A stretch of DNA of 64,000 bases, taken from assembly GCA_014729995.1 (NCBI GenBank), contig WJIZ01000024.1, positions 736 to 64,735 on the forward strand, written 5' to 3'. The DNA comes from Candidatus Woesearchaeota archaeon (GTDB lineage: Archaea; Nanobdellota; Nanobdellia; Woesearchaeales; WJIZ01). Below, one piece after another: positions 44,814 through 55,218 of the stretch. Position 1 is the stretch's first letter, and every line of letters begins with the position of its first letter. Position numbers and translations under genes: made by a program. The notes below the pieces were generated by a model that worked only from the letters and a program-made list of their open reading frames with translations, had not been told where the DNA came from and did no database searches.

Positions 44814-46066
44814 TCCTGTATTATTCCATAGCCTATAAGCCTGAACCTGTTGCCGATTAGCCGCGACACTGTTACTCTTGAGCCTGTATCCGCGCATATG
44901 GGAAGCTTTAGCTTGCATGAGACTATTCCTCTTTTTAAGCCTGTGACCACTCCAACTGTGGAGGCGGAATTGACATTAAGCATGAGCGCTTCTTTCATCT
45001 TAACAGGCTCCACGTCAAGGTCTTTTTCAGTGCCTACTACCCTTTCCAGCAGCTTGACCTCTAACCTTAAGTCATAATGCACTTCCGGGAGGGTGCCCGG
45101 AAGGCCAACTACGGAGCCGGCAAGCCTGTCTGATTTCACTATAGAGGGATCGAGAGTTGTCATCAGGCCGATTGAGCCGCCGGGGGTAATTTCATCTACA
45201 GATGCGCTTCCTGTCTTGATGTCTGTTATTTTGGTTTTCAGCGGCCTGAATACCCTTTGGTTTTTCTCCAATACTTCGTAGCCGGGCCGGATTTCGACTT
45301 CTGTATCCCCGCTGAGCCTGCCCTGCACCAAAGCTCCGCCCAAGATACCGCCCTGCATAGAGCTTATCTCAGAGCCGGGCCTGTTTATGTCAAAACTTCT
45401 TGCAACCAAGAATTTCGGATCGAGGGAAAGGTCCCTCTTGGGAGTGGGTATGTTTTTTTCTATGGCTTCAATCAGAGGAGAAAGGCCTGTACCGTGCTGG
45501 GCTGATACAGGGATTATCGGGCAGTCTTTATAGGGAGTAGCTTTAATAAACTCCCTGATCTGGCTATAATTTTTCACAGCCTCCTCCTCTGAAACAAGGT
45601 CAATCTTATTCTGGACTATTACAAGATTTTTAATGCCGATTATTTCGAGCGCCATTAAATGCTCCCTTGTCTGGGGCTGGGGGCATTTTTCATTGGCTGC
45701 CACAAGAAGAACAGCGCCGTCCATTATTGTAGCCCCTGCAAGCATTGTTGCCATCAGGGACTCGTGCCCGGGAGCGTCGACAAAGCTTATTATCCTGAGC
45801 AATTCTGCAGCTGAGCTGCATTCAGGGCATTTGTCTTTGGTTGTGTATGAGCTGCATTTGCTGCATTTCCTGAATTCTGTGTTGGCGTAGCCTAGCCTTA
45901 TGGTGATCCCCCTCTTGATTTCCTCAGAATGGGTATCAGCCCACTTTCCGGAAAGCCTCTCAAGCAGGGTTGTTTTTCCGTGGTCGACATGGCCTATCAG
46001 ACCTATATTGAGCTCTGGCTGGATATTGGCTGCTTTTTTTTTCTTCTTTTTTGTTTTTTTTGCCAT
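44810..46066 (-). CDS. eif2g: translation initiation factor aIF-2 gamma subunit
   Basis: IGLIGHVDHGKTTLLERLSGKWADTHSEEIKRGITIRLGYA G-domain, a zinc ribbon (CSKCSS...CPEC) and domains II/III. Poly-Lys N-terminus. Confidence 0.9.
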   Translation of the reverse strand: MAKKTKKKKKKAANIQPELNIGLIGHVDHGKTTLLERLSGKWADTHSEEIKRGITIRLGYANTEFRKCSKCSSYTTKDKCPECSSAAELLRIISFVDAPGHESLMATMLAGATIMDGAVLLVAANEKCPQPQTREHLMALEIIGIKNLVIVQNKIDLVSEEEAVKNYSQIREFIKATPYKDCPIIPVSAQHGTGLSPLIEAIEKNIPTPKRDLSLDPKFLVARSFDINRPGSEISSMQGGILGGALVQGRLSGDTEVEIRPGYEVLEKNQRVFRPLKTKITDIKTGSASVDEITPGGSIGLMTTLDPSIVKSDRLAGSVVGLPGTLPEVHYDLRLEVKLLERVVGTEKDLDVEPVKMKEALMLNVNSASTVGVVTGLKRGIVSCKLKLPICADTGSRVTVSRLIGNRFRLIGYGIIQD

Positions 46067-46068
46067 AT

Positions 46069-46629
46069 TTATTTCTCTGGCTTTTCTTCCTTCTTCTCTT
46101 CTGTTTTCTCTTCTGTTTTCTTTTCCTGCTCTTCTGTTTCTTTCCTTTCTTCGGTGCTTTCCTGCTTTTTCTGCTCCTGCTTAGGTTTTTCTTCCTTCTT
46201 CTCTTCTGTTTTCTTTTCCGCTTTCTCCTCTTTCTCAGCTTCCTGGTTTTCTGCCCCGAAGAATTCACCAAGCTTTTTTGCGCCTTCCCTGCTTACCTTA
46301 AGGTTGACCTGGGATATGCTCTCATTGACCTTGTGGCCGCAAACTGTTTTTCTTTTCTTAGCTCCTTTGGGATATTTTTTCCTTATTCCTGTGCCCCCCA
46401 GCAGGTTGAGCTTTTTTCTCATGCCTAATATGCCCCTTCTCATGGGAAAGCCGGATTTATCCGAGCCTCCGGTGAGCAGGAACTCATAGCCATTGATGCC
46501 TAATGACTCGCCCTTTATCGTTTCTCCGATATTGAGCCCGATGAAAGGCGAGGCTTCGCTGCCTTTCACTTCCTTCTGGTATGTTTTTCCGGATTTAGGA
46601 TCAGCAATGCATAATTTAAATTCTGCCAT
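46069..46629 (-). CDS. rps6e: ribosomal protein S6e with about 60-aa Lys/Glu-rich C-terminal extension
   Basis: MAEFKLCIADPKSGKTYQKEV. Start at 46629 is 6 nt after AGGAGG. The track ORF extends spuriously upstream. Confidence 0.8.
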   Translation of the reverse strand: MAEFKLCIADPKSGKTYQKEVKGSEASPFIGLNIGETIKGESLGINGYEFLLTGGSDKSGFPMRRGILGMRKKLNLLGGTGIRKKYPKGAKKRKTVCGHKVNESISQVNLKVSREGAKKLGEFFGAENQEAEKEEKAEKKTEEKKEEKPKQEQKKQESTEERKETEEQEKKTEEKTEEKKEEKPEK

Positions 46630-46684
46630 AGTAATTCCTCCTGTAATTTTATGTTCAATAGAAACTATAGACTCTTTAAAAATG

Positions 46685-47878
46685 TTATGGGTTGATTTTA
46701 GGCTGTTCGTTGAGGATTTTTCGGTTATTTTTGACAATGGATTTCATGATAAAGGGAAAGATTAATGTAGTTATAACCGCGGTGGCAACTATAGAGCCGA
46801 ATATGTTGGAGGAGATGAGCCTGTTCTCAAAAGCAAACGTGGCAACTACCAGCTCAATAAGGCCGCGTGAATTCAGGCCCCAGCCAATAAGGTGCGTCTG
46901 CGGCAGGGTCAAATCTGTAAGGGGGGTTGCGAGCAAAGCCCCGAAAATCTTTCCTATTGTTGCTACAATCAGTATCATGAAAGCCAGGGCAAGGTTTTGC
47001 ATCATTAAAGGAAGGGCTTTTTGCAGCTGAAGGCCTATGTATATGAAGAAAAACGGGATGATAAGGCTGAATGTCACTATCCTTAATTCCTTCACTGTCT
47101 GCCTGTACTCGCCCCTTCTGTGCTCGCTCAGGTGGATTATTATTCCTGCAATGAATGCCCCGATAATCGGGCTGATGTAAAGCAATTTTGATATCAGGGC
47201 TATTATAATGCCGAACAGGACAATAAAAGAGAATGTCGACACTGTGGAGCGCTCTTTCTCTATCTTTCTAAGGCTCATGGGAAAGAGCTTATACGTGAAA
47301 TAAACCACCCCTATAAACAGCATGATTTCGAAGGGAAAGGCATAGAGCTGGTCTAGTTTGCCCCCTGCCAGGAAAGAAACAACTGTGAGAAACAATATGC
47401 CTATCATATCATCAAATATTCCTGCTCCGACTATTATGGTGCCTATTTTTGTGTTTAGTGCGCGCATGTCCATCAGTATTTTAAGGGTGGTGCCTTCTGC
47501 GGTCAGGCTCAGGCAGGCTCCGACTATAAATGCGGAAAGATTATCATAGCCTGCTGTTTTCATCAGGAGAAAGCCCATGATAAAGGGAGCTGAAATGCTG
47601 AATATTGCTATGATAAAAGAGTCCCTCTCTGATTTCCTGAACTTTTCTAAGTTGATCTCCAGGCCTGTGAGCAGCAGGAGAAATATTATGCCGAATTCTG
47701 CCAGGTAATAGAAATCATATACATTTATCAGGAAGAGGTCTGAAAAGAAAGGCAGGCCGAGGACCATGCCCGCTATAATCTGGCCTATCACGCGGGGATA
47801 TCTTAAGGCGTAGAATATCTCTGAGAAGACAAACGATACAGCAAGAATTAATGCTACTGTTATCAGCATGCTTTCCAT
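46685..47878 (-). CDS. cation:proton antiporter (CPA2, NapA/KefB-like, no RCK domain)
   Basis: About 12 TM helices. VIGQIIAGMVLG N-terminal motif. Confidence 0.7.
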   Translation of the reverse strand: MESMLITVALILAVSFVFSEIFYALRYPRVIGQIIAGMVLGLPFFSDLFLINVYDFYYLAEFGIIFLLLLTGLEINLEKFRKSERDSFIIAIFSISAPFIMGFLLMKTAGYDNLSAFIVGACLSLTAEGTTLKILMDMRALNTKIGTIIVGAGIFDDMIGILFLTVVSFLAGGKLDQLYAFPFEIMLFIGVVYFTYKLFPMSLRKIEKERSTVSTFSFIVLFGIIIALISKLLYISPIIGAFIAGIIIHLSEHRRGEYRQTVKELRIVTFSLIIPFFFIYIGLQLQKALPLMMQNLALAFMILIVATIGKIFGALLATPLTDLTLPQTHLIGWGLNSRGLIELVVATFAFENRLISSNIFGSIVATAVITTLIFPFIMKSIVKNNRKILNEQPKINP

Positions 47879-48210
47879 GTATTTTGCCTCTTTTTTAGGG
47901 ATTGCCCGGGAGCACAGCTTTCTACCTTATCTGACTCATTAAATGGATATTTCCTGCAAATATCGGGCCTTTGCCTGTATATCCTGCAGAAGTATTTATT
48001 ATTCTTTCGGATTAGGAAGATGCACCCCCTATTCGGCCGCTTTAAGGAGTATTTTCCTGTTTTCGGGTCGAAATTGTCTTTTTCTGCGAAGAACTCTTTT
48101 TTTAATCCTAATGACTCTATTCTTTTTATGTCTTTATCTGACAGCTTTACAGTAAAAGTTAAGCAGCATTTGCCGCACTGGCTGCAGCGGAAGTCATCTG
48201 GATTTAGCAT
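47863..48210 (-). CDS. YkgJ/UPF0153-family Cys-cluster protein
   Basis: CSQCGKCC...C motif arrangement. Confidence 0.5.
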   Translation of the reverse strand: MLNPDDFRCSQCGKCCLTFTVKLSDKDIKRIESLGLKKEFFAEKDNFDPKTGKYSLKRPNRGCIFLIRKNNKYFCRIYRQRPDICRKYPFNESDKVESCAPGQSLKKRQNTWKAC

Positions 48211-48344
48211 TAATGTCAGAAATGAAATGAAAAGAATAAAAAATTAACTAAAATTAGATAAAAAAGGCTTTATGCTGCTTTTGATTAAAACTATCAAAAC
48301 ATTTATATATCACTGCGTAATAATAACAAATTGGTGGGTATTTA

Positions 48345-50126
48345 ATGAAAATAAGATTGCTATGCATGGCATTTATTATATTTCTCTGCAGCCTGGCTTA
48401 TGCTGATTTTGATGTCATAAGGCTGGAAGGGGGTTTCAGCAACGTGAGCCAGGGGAGCACGCTTAGCGGGGAGATAGAGATTGCCAATACAGGCACGGCT
48501 ATGACAGAGCTGCTCTTTCCTTCGGAAGCTGAGCTTAGCGGGCCGGGAGAACTTACTGTTCCGGCAAGCTTTTCAGGCAGCAATATCCTTAACACAAGCG
48601 AGTCAGGAAATTATACATTCAGCTTAAGCCTGCCTCAGAATATGCCTGCAGGGGACTATACTGCTGCTTTCAATATAACGGACAATACATCTTACTCAGA
48701 GATACAAAATTTTAACCTGAATATAGCAGAAGAATATGTCCTGGAGCTAACCGGAGGCATTAATTTCGGGGATGTATATAATAATGAGACAAAAACCATA
48801 TCATTCAGCATAAAGAATGCAGGCAATGCCAACATAAGCAATATACAGCTAAGCATAGGCAATAATATACACGGCATTAAATTAAGCCCTTCTGACATAC
48901 CTTCGCTTGCGGCGGGAGATACAAGGAGCATAAATGCCGAATTATACGTTCCGTTCGGTGAAGAGGAAGCGGGCGATCTTGAGATAGGCACACTTAAAGC
49001 GGCATCTGACCAGAAAGATTTTACTTTCCAGGAGTTCAAGGTGAATATAAAGAGCTACCTAAAACTTGACAGGCTAAGTGTGGAAGTTGACGGTAAAGAT
49101 GGCAACTATGAAAATGGTGAAACAATAAATGACAAGGCCAAGCCGAGAAGCGAGATAAACTTTGACATAGAAGTTGAAAACCTTTACGAGGATATTGCAA
49201 GAAAAGAGATTGAGGTTGAGGATGTCATGGTTAAAGTTACTATCTTTGGCATAGATAACGGGGATGACATAGAGCTTGAATCGGATTCTGTTGTCCTGGA
49301 TTATGAGGGAAACGAGCGGAACTATATGTTTGAGCTGGGATTTGAAGTTCCGGACAAGGCAGATGACGACACTTATGATATAGAGATAGAGCTTACCGGT
49401 GAAGATGAAGAGGGGAATGAATTTGAAACAGTGTGGCAGGTTGCCCTGGCTGTGGAGAGGGACAGCCATGAGCTGATTATAGATAATTTCAGGCTTTCTC
49501 CGGGCAGGATAAGCTGCGACCTAAAGACAGTGGCTGACTTAAGTATAATCAACCTTGGGGACCATGACGAGGAGTATGTAAGATACACAATAAAGAATTC
49601 CGAGCTGGGGGTAGATGAGCAGAAAAGCAGGTTTGAGATTGAGGCTGATTATGAGGATGATGATAATATATATGAGGAAAAGGCTATTATTAATATTAAG
49701 GAAGCAAATCCGGGGACGTATCCAGTTGAATTGCGGGTTTTCAGGGATTTTGACCTTATAGAGGACGTTGTTATCAGGAATCTTGTTGTTGAGCGGTGCG
49801 GTGAGCAAAGAGCTGAAGAGGAAGAGGCTACTGGGGAAGGGGAAGAGGAAGCACATAGGGAGCAGGAAGAGCAAGGCGATGAAGAGGAGGAGGCGCCTGA
49901 AGAAGCAGAGGAAGAAGAGGAAACTGAGGAAGAAGAACTGCCAACCATACCAAGACAAAGGCCTGAAGTTGAGGAAAGCGAATCCGGGCTGATGATAGGC
50001 ATTCCAACAGCCGAAAGCTTTGCTGAATTCAGGGCATCAGATAATTATGTTCCGGCATTGCTCTTGCTCATTGTTTTGATTGTAATATCAACTGTATTGA
50101 TAATTGCGCTATACCTAAAAAAATGA
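48345..50126 (+). CDS. cell-surface protein with signal peptide, repeated beta-domains, acidic linker and C-terminal TM anchor
   Basis: MKIRLLCMAFIIFLCSLAYA signal. EE/D-rich region. C-terminus LLLLIVLIVISTVLIIALYLKK. Confidence 0.6.
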   Translation: MKIRLLCMAFIIFLCSLAYADFDVIRLEGGFSNVSQGSTLSGEIEIANTGTAMTELLFPSEAELSGPGELTVPASFSGSNILNTSESGNYTFSLSLPQNMPAGDYTAAFNITDNTSYSEIQNFNLNIAEEYVLELTGGINFGDVYNNETKTISFSIKNAGNANISNIQLSIGNNIHGIKLSPSDIPSLAAGDTRSINAELYVPFGEEEAGDLEIGTLKAASDQKDFTFQEFKVNIKSYLKLDRLSVEVDGKDGNYENGETINDKAKPRSEINFDIEVENLYEDIARKEIEVEDVMVKVTIFGIDNGDDIELESDSVVLDYEGNERNYMFELGFEVPDKADDDTYDIEIELTGEDEEGNEFETVWQVALAVERDSHELIIDNFRLSPGRISCDLKTVADLSIINLGDHDEEYVRYTIKNSELGVDEQKSRFEIEADYEDDDNIYEEKAIINIKEANPGTYPVELRVFRDFDLIEDVVIRNLVVERCGEQRAEEEEATGEGEEEAHREQEEQGDEEEEAPEEAEEEEETEEEELPTIPRQRPEVEESESGLMIGIPTAESFAEFRASDNYVPALLLLIVLIVISTVLIIALYLKK

Positions 50127-51160
50127 AAAAACTGATAATTTTGATTATGGCACTGCTTTTAGCTATTTCTGTGTTTGGGCAGTGGCCCCCTATAACACCG
50201 CCAGATGATGGGGTGCCGGGTTTGCAGGGATTTCTGGGCATCATATCAGTTGATGCCTCTCCGTCAAGCCCAGAGCCGGGGGAAGAAGTGGAGATTGAGG
50301 TTGAAGTGGCAAATAATGCAGGCGAAGATATTGATGACATAGAGATAATAGTGGAGATTGTTAATCTTGAGGATGACGACGGAGATGATATCGAGTTTGA
50401 TGATGAGTTTGACCTGCGTGACGGAAATGATGACACCATAAAGTTTAACTTTGACATGCCTTATGATATGGAAGACGGGGATACTTTCGACATAAGGGTT
50501 AGCATAGAAGGAGAGGGTGAAGATACAGGCAATACATACAGGGATGAAGATGAGAGCATGCAGATCGAGGCAGACAAAAAAAGCCATGCTATGCTGATAA
50601 AAAAATTAAGGATTAAACCTTCCAGCTTGAGATGCAACACTGATTTTGAAGTAGAATATGAAATATGGAACATCGGAAGCAATGACGAAGATGTTGAAAT
50701 AAGGATGATTAATAATGCATTAGGAATAGATTATGAGGCAGCTGTTGAGATTGATGAGGATGATGACTATTCCAATACTTTAAAATTAACTGCAGATGAA
50801 TTAAAAGAGGGCAGCTATAACATTGAACTTGAAATTGAGTTTTCGGGAAGAAGCGAAACCGAGACTGCTGGCCTGAAGATAAATGAGTGTGATGCTGCTG
50901 AAGAAGATGATGAAGAGAGGGAGAAGGAAGAGAGCGTAGAAACCAGGCAGGCTGCCAAAAGGAGAAGCGGCAAAGATGCTGACATCAATGTTTTCTCAAG
51001 GCGTGAAACCAAGTCAAGCGAGATTGCGGAAGCAAAGCTTGTGGAAAGGGCTGATTTTACGAATGAGGACTACCTGTTTTTTCTTATTATATTGTCCATA
51101 CTGCTTTCGGGGGCGGTTATCTATGCTATTGGGGCTGTGATTATTCTTGCAAAGCGCTAA
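50123..51160 (+). CDS. cell-surface protein (paralog), signal peptide plus C-terminal TM anchor
   Basis: MKKLIILIMALLLAISVFG. Shares the acidic repeat module. ATGA overlap with the upstream gene. Confidence 0.55.
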   Translation: MKKLIILIMALLLAISVFGQWPPITPPDDGVPGLQGFLGIISVDASPSSPEPGEEVEIEVEVANNAGEDIDDIEIIVEIVNLEDDDGDDIEFDDEFDLRDGNDDTIKFNFDMPYDMEDGDTFDIRVSIEGEGEDTGNTYRDEDESMQIEADKKSHAMLIKKLRIKPSSLRCNTDFEVEYEIWNIGSNDEDVEIRMINNALGIDYEAAVEIDEDDDYSNTLKLTADELKEGSYNIELEIEFSGRSETETAGLKINECDAAEEDDEEREKEESVETRQAAKRRSGKDADINVFSRRETKSSEIAEAKLVERADFTNEDYLFFLIILSILLSGAVIYAIGAVIILAKR

Positions 51161-51250
51161 AACTGTAACTACTTTAAAATAGAAAAATTTATAAATAAAG
51201 AGTTATTTTAACTGGATAATTACAATCTATAAAATATTGCGGGGTATGAT

Positions 51251-52873
51251 ATGATGAAAAGATTAGCTATTTTTGGTTTAATGATGTTGTTTCTAAGCAT
51301 GGTAAGTGCTGTTATACTGGAGCCTATAGGCGATAAGTCGGTCGATGAGGGAACTACATTGAGCTTCCTGCTGAATGCGACTGATAAAAATGGCTCAATA
51401 GCCTACCATACTGACTTTTCCGAAGGCTCATTAAGCAATGCAGGCCTTTTTACCTACACGCCTGATTTTGATGTGGCGAATCTTAGTGTTAAAAGCGTCC
51501 CATTCACAGCAAAATTCTGGATCAATGATACAGCGGACAATACATCCGATTCAGAAACCATAACTATAACTGTAAATAATGTAAACAGAGCTCCCGTCGC
51601 AGACCTTACAGCGGACAAGACAAGTGCAAAGATAAACGAGACTGTTACATTGGATGCAAGAGGCAGCGATGACCCTGATGGAGATGATTTAACATATACT
51701 TTTGCCCAGGTTTCGGGGCCTGCAGCTGTTACCCTGGATGATGCGGGAACAGGCAGGAGATCATTTGAAGCAACTGAAGAGGGAACATACAGATTTAATG
51801 TTACTGTGGGGGACAGCGAGGCTGAAGATGCAGACGCTATCAGCATAACAATAAAAGATGAGCGCAAGCTAATAATAACTGACTTAGATGTTGAAGTCGG
51901 GGATGAGGATGACGATAACCTATGCGAAGATGACGGTGAATGCGAACCTGACGGCTATAAGCTTGAGGCTGCATCCCCGGGGGATACCATACAATTCAAT
52001 TTTGAAATAAAGAATCTTTTTACTGATGATGAAGACATAGAAATCAGGGATGTTTTTGTTACTGTTACAATAGAGGATATCGATGACGGTGATGATATAG
52101 AGGAAGAATCCGAAGAAAAGGACATCGATCCTAATGACGATGACGACTTTACTGTTGAGCTTGACATACCGCTTAAGGTAGATGATGACGGCAGTGAATA
52201 CGATGTCATTATAGTAGTAGAGGGCGAACCGGAAGAGGGTGATGACCAGATAATAACCCTTAGGTATGTGCTTGAGATAGAGAAAGAAAGAGACGATATA
52301 AGGATTATGCAGGCCAGCTTAAGGTCGCCTACAGTAAGCTGCAGCAGGATAACCGAGCTTGAGATTGAAGTGCTCAATCTCGGAAGAGATGACCAGGAAG
52401 AAGTAAGGATAACAGCCATAAATTCAGAGCTCGGCCTTGATTTCGAAGCGGATGACATTGAGCTGGAAGAGGGAATTGACGATTCTGAGTATAATACGGA
52501 CATAACCATAAATGCTGAAGATGTTCCACCTGGAGACTACCCTATAGAGATAAGCGTCTACCATGACGATGATGACCTTGACGACAGGGCAACAGCAGTA
52601 TTGTCAGTAGAGGAATGCGCTGAAGATGCGCCTGACGAAGAAGAGGAAGACATGGAGGAGGAGGAGGAGGAAGATGAGGAAGATGTTGACGTCATTGTTG
52701 AGCCGGACAAAGACGAGGAAGACGAAATACCCCCTGGCCAGTTTCCTGTCCTGCCTGTAGAGGAAGAGGAAGGCTTCACTGAATCAACAGGATACATCAT
52801 ACTGCTGACTTTGGCAGGAGTTGTTTTAATAGCATTGATTATATGGATAATCGTATTGCTTGTTAAGAAGTGA
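51251..52873 (+). CDS. cell-surface protein with PKD domain and C-terminal TM anchor (paralog)
   Basis: NRAPVADLTADK...VTLDARGSDDPDGDDLTYTF is a PKD signature. The repeat module is shared with 48345-50126. Confidence 0.6.
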   Translation: MMKRLAIFGLMMLFLSMVSAVILEPIGDKSVDEGTTLSFLLNATDKNGSIAYHTDFSEGSLSNAGLFTYTPDFDVANLSVKSVPFTAKFWINDTADNTSDSETITITVNNVNRAPVADLTADKTSAKINETVTLDARGSDDPDGDDLTYTFAQVSGPAAVTLDDAGTGRRSFEATEEGTYRFNVTVGDSEAEDADAISITIKDERKLIITDLDVEVGDEDDDNLCEDDGECEPDGYKLEAASPGDTIQFNFEIKNLFTDDEDIEIRDVFVTVTIEDIDDGDDIEEESEEKDIDPNDDDDFTVELDIPLKVDDDGSEYDVIIVVEGEPEEGDDQIITLRYVLEIEKERDDIRIMQASLRSPTVSCSRITELEIEVLNLGRDDQEEVRITAINSELGLDFEADDIELEEGIDDSEYNTDITINAEDVPPGDYPIEISVYHDDDDLDDRATAVLSVEECAEDAPDEEEEDMEEEEEEDEEDVDVIVEPDKDEEDEIPPGQFPVLPVEEEEGFTESTGYIILLTLAGVVLIALIIWIIVLLVKK

Positions 52874-52945
52874 TACTAATTTTTTTCTTCTATTAATTTT
52901 GTTATAGTATATTTTAAATAGAACTTCATTAATAGCTCTTTAAGG

Positions 52946-53683
52946 ATGAATCCGGAAGAACATAACAAAAAAGTAATCTCAGGGGAAATAGAATCCCTTT
53001 ATAGCCTTTCTCAAAAAGAAATTAATGAATACATGGTGAAAATAAATGATGCTGATGCCAGCATTATCATTCTCGGGGGAAGATCGGGCAGGATAATCCC
53101 TGCTGCCCAATTAGTCCAGGCATATCTTAAAGCTTTCGACAGGTCTCCCCGCATTCTGTTCACAGGGGGCGTTGTCCAACATCCTGAGAAAGTTTCACCT
53201 TTTATGATGTATGACAGGATTAAGGGCATGTATGAATGCGACTCTAATATTCGGTTATTTGAGGATTATGTTTTAAGCCGGATGAGTGAAAGCAATGCTG
53301 CAAAAGTCAGGGAAAATATCCACGGCGAGAGAGAGTCGCGAAGGACGCTTGAAAATTATATTGCGCTGAAGAGGCATAACCTGCTTAGCGTGGATGCATA
53401 CGCGATAATTTCAGAGAAAGAACACCTGAGCAGGGCTGAGCGCATGCTAAAGGATGTGGCAGGCCCCGGAGTAGAGATAATACCTATTGCGGCAGGCCGG
53501 TCCAGCATCACTAAAAGACTTATGAACGGTGCTGTATCTGTATTATTTGGCCTTGAAATGAGAATTATGAAGATTCAGCCCGGTGATTACGAAAGATTGG
53601 CAGGGCATTTCAGCGACAAGCCCGCCGGGCTTCCTCCCAGCGGATGCCTTTACAACATGGCAACGTTGCTAAAAATGTCCTGA
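52946..53683 (+). CDS. hypothetical protein (DUF218/YdcF-like Rossmann fold suggested)
   Basis: IIILGGRSGR...ILFTGG pattern. Confidence 0.35.
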   Translation: MNPEEHNKKVISGEIESLYSLSQKEINEYMVKINDADASIIILGGRSGRIIPAAQLVQAYLKAFDRSPRILFTGGVVQHPEKVSPFMMYDRIKGMYECDSNIRLFEDYVLSRMSESNAAKVRENIHGERESRRTLENYIALKRHNLLSVDAYAIISEKEHLSRAERMLKDVAGPGVEIIPIAAGRSSITKRLMNGAVSVLFGLEMRIMKIQPGDYERLAGHFSDKPAGLPPSGCLYNMATLLKMS

Positions 53684-53693
53684 ATAACAGGGA

Positions 53694-54260
53694 TTACGCC
53701 AAAGTGCATAAAGCCCTGTACAGCTTTTCTATTGCCTTTATATTCCTCTTGTGCTTTTTATTCGCTTCTGCGATTAATGCCTTAAGGTAAGACTTCCTTA
53801 CCAGAAGACTGCTTTTACCCGCTATAGGAGCTTCGATATTCTCTGTCCCGAATGTTTCGATAACTGTCTTTTGGGTTGATATTATGCCCGCCTTTTTCAT
53901 TCCGGCCTGCCTGCATATCCTAAGCATTTTCTCTGCTGATTCCAGGCTGCGGCAGCATATATGTAAGATTACAGGCTCATATTTAAGCCAAGCATGCCTT
54001 TCTGCTTTCTTTAATGAGGAGATAATTTTTTTATGGTCTGCCCTAGAATGTGAGACATATAGCCATCTTGCTTCGTCTTTTTTCCTTCCTTTTGCGGGGA
54101 GGTCAAGAATAAGGGTTCTTCCCGAGCAGCTGGAAGAGGTATAGTAATCATCCAGTGAATTTATCAAATCAACCAGCTTTTTTATTTTGGCGTCTATACT
54201 GCCTTTCTTTGATTTGTCCAGCCCCTTTAATGCCCGCTGTTTTCGCTTTTCAAAATCCAT
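53694..54260 (-). CDS. taw3: tRNA wybutosine-synthesis protein Taw3/TYW3
   Basis: NSLDDYYTSSSCSGR signature. Confidence 0.7.
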   Translation of the reverse strand: MDFEKRKQRALKGLDKSKKGSIDAKIKKLVDLINSLDDYYTSSSCSGRTLILDLPAKGRKKDEARWLYVSHSRADHKKIISSLKKAERHAWLKYEPVILHICCRSLESAEKMLRICRQAGMKKAGIISTQKTVIETFGTENIEAPIAGKSSLLVRKSYLKALIAEANKKHKRNIKAIEKLYRALCTLA

Positions 54261-54291
54261 GAGAACAGAAAAAACAGGAATGATATAAATC

Positions 54292-55107
54292 TTACTTTAA
54301 TTTGATAAACCTTTCCATCCTTTCGACGAATTCAGAAGCATCCTTAAAATATTTTTCAAAGTCTGAGCCTTTTATCTCGGTTATCTCGCGATGCATGATT
54401 CCTTTTGCTGTCGTGTAGAAATCCTTCATTATCCTGGAATATTTCTTTTCAAGCAGCCCTTTGCTTACCAGCACTTCATCCAGCATGTCGGATACGTGCT
54501 CAGGGGTGGGGGGAACTGCATCATTATTCATGAGGGCTGCGTGAGCAGAATCAATGACTGCCCAGTATAGGTCGATAACAGCCTGCATTATGTGCCACCT
54601 TGCATTGTTCAGTGTTGCGGGGGCTTTCTTGAAATATGCCCAGATACTCTCCTGTGTGGGCCTTATGCGGCCTTTCCTGAGGATAATCTGCATAGGGCTG
54701 AAAAATCCTGTATCGTATAATGGTATGCCGTCCCTTAGTATATTTATTCCTATAGGATCGCCATGGCGCATGTATTCCCAGAAAGCACTCATCCTCAGGG
54801 TGACAACATGAAGCCTGCGGCTCACTTCTGTTATTATCCTCTGGATTACTATCCTGTACGCGTCTGCAACATCCTTTGTGACCACTATAGACTCATCGTC
54901 TATGAGAACAAGAACATCAATGTCAGAATGTGCTGTTGTACTTTCCCTTGCGGACGAGCCGAACAGCACAATTGCCTTAACAAACTTACCCATCTCTTTC
55001 TGTATTTCGCTGGAAAAGCGCTTGGCTGTCTCTAGGTCTTCCTTATTATACTTATGAATATTCGGATTTGGCCTTTCGGGTATGTCGATTTCCATATTAG
55101 CCCACAA
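54292..55107 (-). CDS. nucleotidyltransferase - HEPN-like fusion protein, short form (paralog of 12024-13886)
   Basis: LFGSSARESTTAHSDIDVLVLID and ILRDGIPLYDTGFF. Confidence 0.5.
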   Translation of the reverse strand: MWANMEIDIPERPNPNIHKYNKEDLETAKRFSSEIQKEMGKFVKAIVLFGSSARESTTAHSDIDVLVLIDDESIVVTKDVADAYRIVIQRIITEVSRRLHVVTLRMSAFWEYMRHGDPIGINILRDGIPLYDTGFFSPMQIILRKGRIRPTQESIWAYFKKAPATLNNARWHIMQAVIDLYWAVIDSAHAALMNNDAVPPTPEHVSDMLDEVLVSKGLLEKKYSRIMKDFYTTAKGIMHREITEIKGSDFEKYFKDASEFVERMERFIKLK

Positions 55108-55218
55108 ACTCTTTTATTGGTTCAGGATTAAAGATGAGCTTATATAAAATTTAGTAACTACGTAAAAATTGTAAATAAACAACAAAAAGAATAAAAACAA
55201 AAGAATAAAGCTATTAAT

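Noticed and set aside
45929-46489. 186-aa plus-strand ORF and the Lys/Arg-rich 45960-46271 minus ORF
   Set aside because: These are antisense or alternate-frame shadows of the KE-rich S6e tail and the poly-Lys aIF2-gamma N-terminus. Their low-complexity composition creates long spurious ORFs.
46629-46737. N-terminal extension of the S6e ORF to 46737
   Set aside because: The conserved MAEFKL start at 46629 has an AGGAGG 6 nt upstream. The extension would also overlap the antiporter gene end.
49539-52509. Minus-strand ORFs inside the surface-protein genes (49539-49958, 49649-50002, 51955-52509 and others)
   Set aside because: They are antisense to acidic repeat coding sequence. Their poly-Ser/Leu products are artefacts.
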